Source: Felis catus
Taxonomy: Eukaryota
Direction: 5' to 3'
Assembly: GCF_018350175.1 (NCBI RefSeq)
Contig: NC_058368.1
Location: 77,564,001-77,628,000 of the forward strand
DNA length: 64,000 nucleotides
Shown here: positions 12,763-23,194 of the stretch, piece after piece
How positions within the stretch are numbered: position 1 is the stretch's first letter
Layout: each line of letters opens with the position of its first letter
Made by a program: the position numbers and the translations under genes
Notes under the pieces: model-generated
Told to the model about the DNA's origin: nothing
Database searches by the model: none
Seen by the model: only the letters and a program-made list of their open reading frames with translations

Positions 12763-13062
12763 TGTTTAGTAGCCATACCATCCACCCTATTGGCTCGTAC
12801 TGAACACAGGGTTTTTGTTAAACCAGGTTCCCTGTCTTGTATTTGTTTATTGGTTGGCACACTTTCCACATTTGCCTCGTTATGTCAGTTGGTTGGCCGT
12901 GCCGATCCAACCAATCCTTGTAAGCCCTTGGTACATTGTTCCCTTCGGACTGGTGTTTTCCTTTAAACAACATTCTCTAGAAAAAAAAAAAAAAAACAAA
13001 CCCAAAAAACACTTCGAGCACCTATAAGCTCACCTATGTGTAATATGATCCAACCTACATAC

Positions 13063-13124
13063 CTGTGTCTTAACCGAAAAGGCTTCAATTTGTTTAATGC
13101 CTCTTTGACAACAATGAAGATGCC
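13063..13124 (-). pseudogene. 62-bp exon remnant, GIFIVVKEALNKLKPFRLRH
   Basis: Strong tttctcttctag acceptor and gtatgt donor; hydrophobic pattern fits TOP6BL EFxTKLHKVFREITQHQFLHH; splices in frame to ECC of the next exon. Confidence 0.6.
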
Positions 13125-13401
13125 CTAGAAGAGAAATAATTTGTGGCACCAGATTGAATAAGCGAAGAGTGGATTTCTGTGATGACTTCTCGTTTCTAAA
13201 GTACCACAATCACCACAAACCAATCACCCAATGTAAGACACCAATCCTGGATCCTTATTACACTACCTGTTCCCTAAATCCATTTTTCTTCCTTTTGAGT
13301 TTCAGAAAAACGTATTCCATCTGTAATTTCCTGCCAACATCACCTAAATCGCTGGTTCCGGGATAAATACCGGGGCGGATTTTACTACCACTGACTTCTC
13401 C

Positions 13402-13629
13402 TTTTCTTTATTACATTTTTTAACATTTATTTATTTTTGAAAGACAGAGAGACACAGAGCATGAGCAGGGGAGGGGCTAGAGAGAGAACGGGAGACACAG
13501 AATCTGACTCAGGCTCCCGGCTCTGAGCTGCCAGCACAGAGCCTGATGCAGGGCTTGAACCCACACACCATGAGATCATGGCCTGAGCTGAAGTCGGACG
13601 CTCAACCGACTGAGCCACCCCGGCGCCCC
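13402..13629 (-). mobile_element. Can-SINE (felid type)
   Basis: TSD ctgacttctc. Confidence 0.95.
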
Positions 13630-14429
13630 TGACTTCTCTTGCTCTTTTCAACTAACATTACAATTAGAGCCGGTTCTCTGGTTTCAGGGTACTCCCCTTT
13701 TCATGGAGAAATCTGTACCATGTCCTCACTACACCAAGACGAGAAGTGGGCAACGAAGACCCGTTTAGGCGACTGCTGGCCGTGGACCCTCAGGATCCAA
13801 ACCTGTAGCTCCAGGGCTCAGCTCTGTCTCCCCCCAAGACAGCAGATGCCTCCCTCGCCCCCTCCACCGTGCCACATGGCTTCTGATTAGCTGGAGAGAG
13901 TCCAATCAAAGAATACTATATCCATAACCCCCAGGGTCTACTGCACAGCTTTAAAAGCTCCACTCTGATTTTAGGACACTTAAACCATCTTGCTTCACTT
14001 GGGCTTGAATCTTCAGGTCCTTATTTTAGGATTTTTCAGAAAATCCATCCTGCTTCCAAATTTCCAGTCGTACACAGCTCTGTTCCTCTTTTGGGGAGTT
14101 CGAGGAAAGGTCATATTACCAGCCTCTGAGTTGAGTGCCTGCTTTTGCCTTTCCGATTATTTGTCTATTTCATCCTTGGAGAGATTTTTTTTTTTTTATG
14201 CAGGTTTAACTATTGCTTCCTCTGCTTAAGAATTTACCAATGGCTCCTAATTATTCATTTCTCCCCACATCAGATTATAGGAGATGGCTATTGGCTCTTC
14301 CCTGCCCTGAGCCTGCTGGTGTCCATGATAGGAAGGCAGCAAATGTTTGCAGAATAAAATAAACCCAAAATAACTGAATTATGAACACATACCCATTATA
14401 TTTTGCTTTGGTTCTTTTTTGATCCTTAC

Positions 14430-14693
14430 TTCCCCCCTAAATTTTTGTTTTAAATTTGAACTTATCAGAGAGATTGTTAGGATGTATCTGTGCTTTATTT
14501 CCTGTCATTTTTTCCCCACCCGTAGGAAAGATACAAGTGACTTTAGAAAGGCTACATTTTTATGATTGCCACAACACTTTGGCAAATATTTTCCAGCACA
14601 TCCTCTTATTTTTATAATTCATAGTATCTTATGTTTTTTATCAAACAATTTATTTCAAAATGTCTATCATTTTAAAACATTTTGCTTTTTATC
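14430..14693 (-). pseudogene. Exon remnant, transducer helices, EDVLENICQSVVAIIKM*PF*SHLYLS...STDTS
   Basis: Matches TOP6BL DKVLEQHHQAAKAQQKLQASLSVAVNS...STRSS; gtaagg donor at 14429; SINE inserted at its 5' edge. Confidence 0.55.
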
Positions 14694-14708
14694 CTTGAAA
14701 AACTTTAA

Positions 14709-14924
14709 TAATTTTTTTTTCAACGTTTATTTATTTTTGGGACAGAGAGAGACAGAGCATGAACGGGGGAGGGGCAGAGAGAGAGGGAGACACAGAATCA
14801 GAAACAGGCTCCAGGCTCTGAGCCATCAGCCCAGAGCCCCACGCGGGGCTCAAACTCACAGAGTAGTGAGATCGTGACCTGGCTGAAGTCGGATGCTTAA
14901 CCAACTGCACCACCCAGGTGCCCC
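14709..14924 (-). mobile_element. Young SINEC_Fc-type SINE
   Basis: Perfect 19-bp TSD tatccttgaaaaactttaa at 14690-14708 and 14925-14943. Confidence 0.95.
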
Positions 14925-15047
14925 TATCCTTGAAAAACTTTAAACCCATTCTAAACTTTTCCTCCCTCTGGGTTTAGTGTGCTTACCAAAACCTACCAGG
15001 GGCAATTTCAAATTTGCATAACTGAGGTCTCTCTTAAAGTGCTTGAC

Positions 15048-15172
15048 CTTGTAGTTTAATTTTCTGGCTAGCAGATTAAAGTGCTACATTTCTATAACAA
15101 ACCAACAAAAACTCTGTTTTAAACAGTATCAGGGCATCTCTGCAGATTCAGAGACAAATTTCTGGAAAATCC
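15048..15172 (-). pseudogene. Exon remnant, IFQKFVSESAEMP*YCLKQSFCWFVIEM*HFNLLARKLNYK
   Basis: aatttag acceptor; Q....F.....H spacing equals TOP6BL QTLLLFLFVDFH; donor uncertain (gtcaag, or gtaggt/gtaagc further on). Confidence 0.5.
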
Positions 15173-15292
15173 CTAAATTCCAAGAAAGTATAAGCCAGAT
15201 AACAACCTGGCATAAAGACTTAACTGTTAATCAGTCTTCCATTTTCTCACCACACATATACATTAACTCATGGTATGGTGTGTATGAGTTTG

Positions 15293-15294
<2 letters not shown>

Positions 15295-15324
<30 letters not shown>
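15295..15324. repeat. (GT)n microsatellite
   Basis: Direct reading. Confidence 0.95.
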
Positions 15325-15328
<4 letters not shown>

Positions 15329-15571
15329 GATGTACACGTGGTCTCATGAAGCAGTGGCCAGATTTTCCTGAGATCATTCTCACTTTTCAACAGTTTACAT
15401 TACCTCTAAAGAAATCATTATTCATTGCAGTGCATTAAAACAAAATATATTGATACAGGACAGTTATGCCAAAATATCTCCTGTCAATAACTCAAGGTAC
15501 AGTCTTCAATCCCTCATAGACTGTTTCTACACTATGATATTAACAAAACCTGGAGGAATCAAGTTGCTTAC

Positions 15572-15737
15572 TTTAATCATCTTAAGGGATTTATGTCTAT
15601 TGACACAAAATGGGTTTGCTGAAAGGATTAAATCAATTGTAAAGAGGACTATCGCAATCCACTCTATCCTTCCCAAGATAGTCTGTTCAATCAAATGCTG
15701 AAATTGTCAGTGGCTTCTTTAAAAATGTGGAAGTGCT
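15572..15737 (-). pseudogene. Exon remnant, STSTFLKKPLTISAFD*TDYLG...
   Basis: taatag acceptor and gtaagc donor; matches TOP6BL TTFFKDTSSLVDWKKY with TGA at the Trp position; phases fit both neighbouring exons. Confidence 0.6.
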
Positions 15738-15933
15738 CTATTAACATACAATTTTTATTTTTCACGTTCTGAAATTATTCATGACACTTAGCAAGTACCA
15801 TATAATTTGAAAAGCATAGTGTGCATATTATACTATAAAACGGGATAATGTAATGCAATATAAAGAAATAAAAATCAAATATACAAATAACATAATGTAA
15901 CCTAATGACTTGATTATAGAATCCATCTCTTTA

Positions 15934-16161
15934 TTTTTAAAAAAAAATTTTTTTTCAACGTTTATTTTTTATTTTTGGGACAGAGAGAGACAGAGCATGA
16001 ATGGGGGAGGGGCAGAGAGAGAGGGAGACACAGAATTGGAAACAGGCTCCAGGCTCCGAGCCATCAGCCCAGAGCCCGACGCGGGGCTCGAACTCCCGGA
16101 CCGCGAGATCGTGACCTGGCTGAAGTCGGACGCTTAACCGACTGCGCCACCCAGGCGCCCC
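15934..16161 (-). mobile_element. Young SINEC_Fc-type SINE
   Basis: CpGs intact; perfect 16-bp TSD agaatccatctcttta. Confidence 0.95.
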
Positions 16162-16177
16162 AGAATCCATCTCTTTA

Positions 16178-16381
16178 AAAAAAAATTTTTTTTAATGTTT
16201 ATGTTTGAGAGACAAGAGACAGAGTGTGAGCAGGGGAAGGGCAGAAAGAGAGGGAGACACAGACTCCGAAGCAGGCTCCAGGCTCTGAGCTGTCAGCACG
16301 ACACGGGATTGAACCCATAAGCTGTGAGATCATGACCTCAGCCGAAGTTGGCCGCCCAACCAACTGCCACCCAGGTGCCCC
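16178..16381 (-). mobile_element. Older Can-SINE in tandem with the previous copy
   Basis: Consensus-like with small deletions. Confidence 0.9.
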
Positions 16382-16604
16382 TTTCACATCTATTTCTTAA
16401 CTAATCTTCCAGACAATTCTGTGAGGCATACTTTATAGTCCTGGTTTAACCAAGAAAAAGAATAATGAACCAAAATCTCCTGGTTAGTTTCAGAGCTGAG
16501 AGGTGAAAACAAGTCAATTTCTCTCCTTTGACTTCTAACATTTTATTCTACAGTAACTGCTAGTTTTTAAGAAAATATCTTTATTTCTCATCAAATCACT
16601 TAAC

Positions 16605-16791
16605 CAGCATGAAGTCATCACAAAAGGAGAATATGCAAATTTTAAACAATTTTTTAAAAATTTGTGGTCATAGAAAAAAATGCTGAAGGTTGAAAAACTA
16701 GGAAGCAGGAAGCAAGAGGTTGAAATTTGAGCCTTATCTAAGTAATGCATCATCTGGCAAAATTAGCGTAAATCATTTCTTAGAGGCATGC
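16605..16791 (-). pseudogene. Exon remnant with 4 stops, HASKK*FTLILPDDALLR*GSNFNLLLPAS*...LFKICIFSF
   Basis: ccctgtag acceptor; P-to-PA spacing of 16 residues equals TOP6BL LFIPEDVAGMDLLGELILTPAAA, followed by an ISSVSIFLY-like strand. Confidence 0.65.
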
Positions 16792-16944
16792 CTACAGGGA
16801 GGTTTAATATAGGTTAGCCCCTTACCCCACAAAAACACTTTCTTCCCTTGTTCTTTGGATAACCCAGATTGTCCAAGCAGGGCTGACCCAAGCAGGCATT
16901 CCTGGACTGCGAGAATATTGCCAACCATTAGGCAGCAGAACTTT

Positions 16945-17115
16945 TATTATTAACGTTGTCTGGTGCAAGGCACCGTGTTCGGTGATTTATATGCATTATT
17001 TCAATTGATTCTTAGAACAACTCTCTATGCTGTCTATTTTTAGTAACTTAGCCCGTTCCTGGCTAGTAAAGCAGTCTGGATTTGAACTCGGATTCTTTGT
17101 CTCAGACCATACACT
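16945..17115 (-). mobile_element. MIR fragment
   Basis: atgcattatttca..ttcttagaacaactct...ggatttgaactc motifs. Confidence 0.6.
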
Positions 17116-18311
17116 AAGGATTGAGTCGTGGGCATTGCAATGATTTCCGGATTACAAGGCGTGTTGACGATTTGTGGATCAGCTATAGAATACTGCAAGC
17201 AGCGTCAGACCCTGCAGGAACAGGAGAGAGGGAGCTAGCAAGCTCTTCAGCATGGAGCCCCCTCCCAGCTAGAGCCCCCATCAGGTGTGGCCTTGGAGGA
17301 TTCATGGTGGGGCCTTGGAGGATTCCCGCACAGCATCCAACCAAGGTGTTGCAAGCTCCAGAAATAGTCTGCATTGACCCACCAAAGAGGGTCAGGCCAG
17401 AGAGCTGGGGTTTGACTGAGCTTGAAGCATGGAAGGTATAAATAAATAGCTGCTTTTCGAGAGAAATTTGATTCCCCTTGGTAGTCTACCTGATAACAAA
17501 GGTGCAGGAAAGGAGATTTACAGCCCATGCCTGTCTCTAAATACCAGAAGCCGCAAAAACTATCAAATGGGGTACCCAACGACTGTCTCAGGTTCACTGG
17601 CCATGTCTCTGCTGGCCACTCACCACCCCCCCGTATACCTTATGATGCTGACTTCTAGGAGGTGAGGTCTGAGATGCCGTCTCTGTTCAACCTGAAGCTC
17701 TGTCCAGCTATCCCCATCTTGAGAAATATCATTTTGTGAAGCAAATGCAGTATGAATGAGACTGCCATGTCCAAACTCTTCTGGAACGGGTAATATTCTA
17801 AGAGGTTGTCATTCACATATTTTAAGACATTCTTTCCTATTATCAGGCTTTCTGTGTAATTACCACTTAATCAAATGTCACTGGGTGTCCTAGATATGGT
17901 AATATATCAAACTTGTGAATAATTTCAGGTTGATGAAACAGGATGATGGCAATATTTCTAAAACTATCACTGACCTGAACCATCAGACCTCCAACACACC
18001 TCACTGGGGGTGACCATTTCACTTTCTCTTCTTTTTACGTGTTTGGGGTTGCAGTACCAGTATTCAAATGGCTAAGGCTTCCTTCTTAAGTACTTGGCAA
18101 TTGGCCCCAAGAGCCATCAGATATGGAGGGTGTGGTTATTAATTTTATGTGACAGGTGACTGTACAGGTTACTGGGCACACACTTATGTCCCTGTTGATC
18201 CCTCTTGATAGTGTGGCTCCCTCTGTCCAGTGCCAGGTCACCCATTAGAGCTTAGCCCAATGTGACCTCCTCTCCTAAAACCCATCTCCCTCCAACCCCC
18301 CTTCCCCTCTA

Positions 18312-18620
18312 ACATGCACACACACACACACGCACACACATATACACATACACACACTGCACATATGCACACACATACAGGCATGCACACACATATACAC
18401 ATACAAACAATGCACATATGCACACACATGCACATGCGTACAGACATGCACAGATGCACACACATACACACGCACACAAGCACACACATGCACACACGAT
18501 GCACATATGCACCCACACAGGCACACACAGACACAGTGCACAGAAGCACACACAAACACACACATACACATGCACACACAATGAACATATGCACACACAC
18601 ATACACACATGCACACACAT
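18312..18620. repeat. Degenerate (CA)n-rich low-complexity tract
   Basis: Direct reading; source of the spurious HT/CV ORFs. Confidence 0.95.
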
Positions 18621-19564
18621 TTGGGCTCAGCTCTCACTGCTCTATTTTCTTGTAATTTTCCTCCCTAGACTCGTTACACTCTCCCTCCAGTGCTTGGATG
18701 CTTTTGGTGCTTAAAACAAACTTTTCTTGAAGTTTGTTCAAATTGGTTTTTTATAATTATCTAATTTAGATCGAGCTAACCTCAAGAGTCCCACCTGATA
18801 TCAGAAGCCCTCACATAAGGCATTTCCCTCTGTCAATTAGTTATAACAGTTAATAGAATGGCTTGGACACAACCTTTGGTTTCTCTGCTCTCTTCTTGTC
18901 TTCTCTGTATCTATCTCATAGATACACTAGTGTTTGGAGGAACAAAATACATCTCTAAATGAACAGCATAATGCCTCATAAATATTTTGCCCATGTTCTA
19001 GGGACACAATTTTCTCATCTCATTTCTTTTAAAGGAAGAAATAGAGGGATAAACTTGCAATCCAAAGGCTAAGCCCCTATAGTCACAGGAGGAAATCAAT
19101 GAACCAACACGCGTGGGTTCTGGGCTCATGCACACTGGTTGTCTAAACCACCAGAAAGGTGCCTCTTTTGCAGCATCTCAAACAAACACAATTCCAGTGA
19201 AGATCAAAAAGACTTCTAGGGCAAACACTCTAAGCTAATATGTCTACAAAGATATCATTAACTAGGTTTTAAATTAGAGACATGATTTGGAGAGGTTTCA
19301 CCAGCATGACATGGTAACATTTATAAATGAGGCACAGCTTTTCAGCAGAGCTACATTATCAGGATCAGGAGACACTTATACTCAAGAGCATGTTGCCTTC
19401 AAATATTGTTTTAAACATAAAGGATGTTGGGCACTGAAAATAAGCCTAGTGGAATTTTTAGAAAAGTACAATATAAGAATAAAATCTCAGGAGACATTAA
19501 AGTTTGCTTCGATACAAGAGACTGAATTGCCAATGCAAGTGAGGCTGAAACATTTTCTGGAAAG

Positions 19565-19690
19565 CCATGTAGCGATCTGATAATCAAGTGGCATGAAGAG
19601 GCACATTTTTCCTTAGGAAATGCAACGTGATATTGAGTATCCAGGAAGCACAATGTGTTGTCCTAGGTAACTGTATTTCAACAAACCTCG
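19565..19690 (-). pseudogene. Exon remnant, NTVT*DNTLCFLDTQYHVAFPKEKCASSCHLI
   Basis: Matches recalled TOP6BL TLNLGNGIALLVDSQHYVSRPNFGTIESHCSRI; overlaps ORF 19411-19653; ends approximate. Confidence 0.6.
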
Positions 19691-19849
19691 TTCGCATCTA
19701 TTTAGTGGCTACTCTCCTAAGAAAATCTGGCTTGACTCTTCAATTTACTTTTTGAGAGAAAGAATTGTCCCCACAGGGTTTATTGCCTAACCTCTCCTTT
19801 TGAAATTTTAGATCAGCCCTTTCCTTCCCTCTTTCATTTCGGGTCTAGT

Positions 19850-20405
19850 CACGGACTGAATGTGTCTCCTCAAAATCCATATGTGGAGGCCCTCACCCCG
19901 GTGCGATGGCATTAGGAAACGGGGCCGTGGGGAGGTGATTAGGGTTGGATGGGGTCATGAGGGTGGGGGCTTCATGAATGCAATTAATCCTTTTATAAGA
20001 AGAGACAAGGGGGCACCTGGGTGGCCCAGTTGGTTAAGTGTCCAACTTTGGCTCAGGTCATGATCTCACGGTTTGTGAGTTTGAGCCCCGCATTGGGCTC
20101 TCTGGGGTCAGCATGGAGCGTGTTTCTGTTCTTCCGTTTCCCTCTTTCTGCCCCCCTCTCTTTCTCTAAAAGATAAACCCTGAAAGAAATTAAAGAATAA
20201 AAAAGACACCAGGTTTCTCGTTTCCTCTTTCTCTCTCCCTGCCATGTGAGGGCACAGGAAAAAGGCAGCCATCTGTAAAGCTGCCTGGGATCTAACCATG
20301 TGGCACCAGATCTGGGCCTCCAGCCTCCAGAGCTGTGAGAAATGTGCACTGGTTAAGCCCCCCAAGCTGTGGTATTTTATTCCAGCAGCCTGAGATGAGT
20401 AAGGC
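19850..20405 (+). mobile_element. MLT1A-like MaLR LTR interrupted by a SINE
   Basis: ggactgaatgtgt...cctccagcctccagagctgtgagaaat...gtattttattccagcagcc. Confidence 0.8.
20009..20196 (+). mobile_element. Can-SINE inside MLT1
   Basis: GGGGCACCTGGGTGGC head; degenerate TSD ending agaca. Confidence 0.9.
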
Positions 20406-21186
20406 AAGGTTCTTAGACTCGGAGAAGTGAAGTTTGGGAATGAGACATTTGCTTTTTGTTTATGAGGCATCTTTGGTTCTGGAGAACTCAGGAGAAGAAG
20501 CTCCATGGGGAGCATCCGGGTGTTGCTGCCCAACACGGCCTCCAGACTCTGGCTCCCCGTGGGAAGGGCGAAGGGAGCTTGAAGGCAGCTGCATTGATTA
20601 GCTAGACTGACCCAAATCACAAGCAGTCATTTCCAGGCAGTGCCCTTGTCAAAACTCCAGTACATCTGACTGGAATATGCATTAGGGTAGCAACCCAGGG
20701 GATTTTTAACCCTCAGGAGTTAAGAGGAGCTCATCTGGTGATTCCGGCTCTGACAATGAGGAAGTTGAGACTTTGTTTACTTGAGGTCAAAAGGAAAAGA
20801 CGTTGACAAATATATGGATACATATATTTGTATGCATATACGCATATCCCTGATATGCATATATGTCATGATGATGGCTGATAATTAGTATGTATAATAT
20901 CAACATAACAATATTCCAATTTTTATCTACATCCTTGACATTATGATAAAATAGATGAAACTGTAGAGAATAAAGCCTTCATCTCATTAATTCCCCTTTG
21001 ATTCTTGATAAATCCCCTTTGATTATTTGGGGTGAAACATACATCGAGGTAGTGATGAGAGGAAATGTTTATATGTATATAACTCCAATGGAGTTATAAT
21101 ATAATAATATATATATATTATATATATGTAATATATATAATAAAAGGCATGGAATATTCTGGCATTTAAGTATATTGTGTTTCTAC

Positions 21187-21523
21187 CCTCTTCTCTCCAC
21201 TGATCCAGAATTATTGCATGAGGCTTTTTCATAGACGCGAACCCTGTGCAATTTTTCAAGCCGTGGGGCTGTGTCTCCATGGTTACACAAGGATACTGGA
21301 ATAAATGTGCTTCCAGCAATAATTGTTTCATATTTGTGTACAAACAGCTGAACTGGGTCTTTCAATTTCAAATGTGACAAGTCTAAATTCAAATTCTGTC
21401 ATGAGGAACATCACAGAATGCCCCAAACAAGAATAAAAATAAAGATTCCTGCTAACGAAATTCTTCCAAATTCATGAAAATGTTTTTATCAACTTATCGT
21501 TTTGCACCGCATCCTTTCTGTCT
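21187..21523 (-). pseudogene. Exon remnant(s), GHKL-like region
   Basis: 21241-21399 reads TEFEFRLVTFEIERPSSAVCTQI*NNYCWKHIYSSILV*PWRHSPTA*KIAQG versus TOP6BL PFQMIFEVDEKP...KHFLRKIIMVHPKVRFHFSVKVNG; ends approximate. Confidence 0.5.
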
Positions 21524-22607
21524 CTACAACTATCTTTTCTCTGATTACATAGTGCATCTTTTTCACGGCTATGGCCGGTGTCATGAGATACAGAAATGTG
21601 AGGTGGTCCCAAACTTCCATAAAATATGTAATAATTGCAATGGCAGACAATACGACGACAAGGGAACTAGATAAGAAAAGAAAATACGGGTAGTCTCAAA
21701 TATTCACTTTTCCTAAAGTGTTTAAGTGATCAAGTTTACCTAACCGTGGTAACGCCCATCTAGAAACTTCAGTCTTATAATACCGAACACTCAAGAATGT
21801 CTACGTATTGATTTTATTTTTGTTATCATTTGGAGGAATTTCAAACCTAACTTCTCTTTCTGATACCTTACTGAGAGTAATATGATATTTTGAAGACTGC
21901 AGAACAATTGTTCAGTTGTTTGTGAAACTCACAAGCAATTTGTTCATAAATAATAAAATGATATAAATATAAATATATAAATACGGTGTGATGAATATTT
22001 GCCATGGGCGCATTATCATATTTTCCCCCAGATGACATGACTCAGAGAGGAAACTCTATCTCAACACCTCAATTCACAATTAGAGTTACTGAGCCCCAGA
22101 AAAACCAAGTATCTTGCAGAGGTTTACATAGTGAACTAGTCAGTACAAAATCCTGTTCTCCTGATGGTTATCCCGGGCTCTTTCTCTAAACTTAAATAGT
22201 TATTCATTAGAACATGAAGCATTGTTTTTGATAACAGATACAATATTCTTTCAACTAATTATTAGAGGAAATTATTATGCACATTTTAAAGATTTGTAAA
22301 GGGACAGACATTTAGAAAAGAAAACCCAAATGCTCATGAATGTTTCCTTAAAGTGTTTCCATATCAGATATCCTTAAATATTAACTCTTAGGGAGGCAGA
22401 ACATGTGCTTCAAAGGACATCAAAATAGTCCATGGAAAAACAAAGGCAAAACCTGCTAAGTATCCTGTTTCTACTTGTAAAATATTTTCTTTCGAAAGAA
22501 AATTGCCAGTAAGTTTAAGTTAAATATCAAAAAAGAGCAATTTTTAGATACTGATATTAATGGTTAGTTCCTGGAACCGTCCCTTTGCAACTAACCATAC
22601 TGTGTAC

Positions 22608-22661
22608 CTAAAACAATCCACTTTTGAATACACAGATTTTGTTAAAAGAGCGATAAACAGC
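22608..22661 (-). pseudogene. 54-bp exon remnant, AVYRSFNKICVFKSGLF*
   Basis: aatag acceptor and gtacac donor; aligns ungapped with recalled TOP6BL ASAGSLFGGMVLKKFLKE (5 identities). Confidence 0.4.
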
Positions 22662-22764
22662 CTATTTTCAAAACCATTCATCTATTGGTTCAGTAACAAG
22701 TCTGGAAAGAGTTTTCCCACCCCATACAGATTGCCCAGTTTGCAGAAGAGACAAAAACACTTAC

Positions 22765-22853
22765 ATTTAACCACAGTGCCTCCTGGCATACAGATAGAGA
22801 ATTTAAACATGGAAGGGGGTTAAATCAAAACTGTTTAAACAGCGAAAAAAATT
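22765..22853 (-). pseudogene. Candidate 5' exon remnant of the TOP6BL-like pseudogene
   Basis: cttctctgcag acceptor and gtaagt donor; only a weak HC match to TOP6BL LHCVTT. Confidence 0.3.
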
Positions 22854-23194
22854 CTGCAGAGAAGCAGTAGGAGTGGAGAAACATAACCAGAGGGTATCTT
22901 TTTCACCTACTGTGACAGATGGCCTACCTCAGGGCTACACGGAGCAGCAAAGCTTTTTCATCACCAGAAGTGTGGCTCCAGATTGCCAGCATATAGATAG
23001 AAACTCTTCCACTCGTGGTCGCACTGAAGAACCGCTAAGATGTCAGCGCATTTCGGCAGAAACCCCCGCTGAAACTGAAATCCTATCAGTATTCAAAAAT
23101 GATCTTAAAACCATAAAAGGTTAAAGCAATGCTATACCTAATAACGGTTTTAAATAAATTGAGAAAAAAATTACAGCAGTTTCGTGACTCGTGG

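Larger units (their letters stand above)
11880..12976 (-). pseudogene. Large exon remnant (ECCLKENTSPKG... EANVESVPTNKQIQDREPG...) broken by a SINE and (TTA)n
   Basis: Long T-run ending ctag as acceptor after an 86-bp intron; coding-like polar stretches with stops and frameshifts; lower end uncertain. Confidence 0.5.
400..22853 (-). pseudogene. Degraded multi-exon pseudogene, TOPOVIB-like (TOP6BL/DUF4554) paralogue
   Basis: Series of minus-strand AG..GT-bounded segments whose translations match recalled human TOP6BL blocks in collinear order; many in-frame stops, frameshifts and SINE insertions. Confidence 0.65.

Noticed and set aside
15572..15697. Open frame HLIEQTILGRIEWIAIVLFTIDLILSANPFCVNRHKSLKMIK as an intact exon
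   Set aside because: It loosely resembles a later TOP6BL helix, but the stop-containing frame fits the collinear order and the exon phases better.
18238..18714. Overlapping 98-126 aa His/Thr and Cys/Val ORFs
   Set aside because: Translations of a degenerate (CA)n tract.
20108..20620. 170-aa ORF
   Set aside because: Runs antisense through MLT1 and SINE sequence.
400..22853. Calling the locus an intact gene, the TOP6BL orthologue, or a processed retrocopy
   Set aside because: Multiple stops in the homologous frames, very low similarity, and retained introns.
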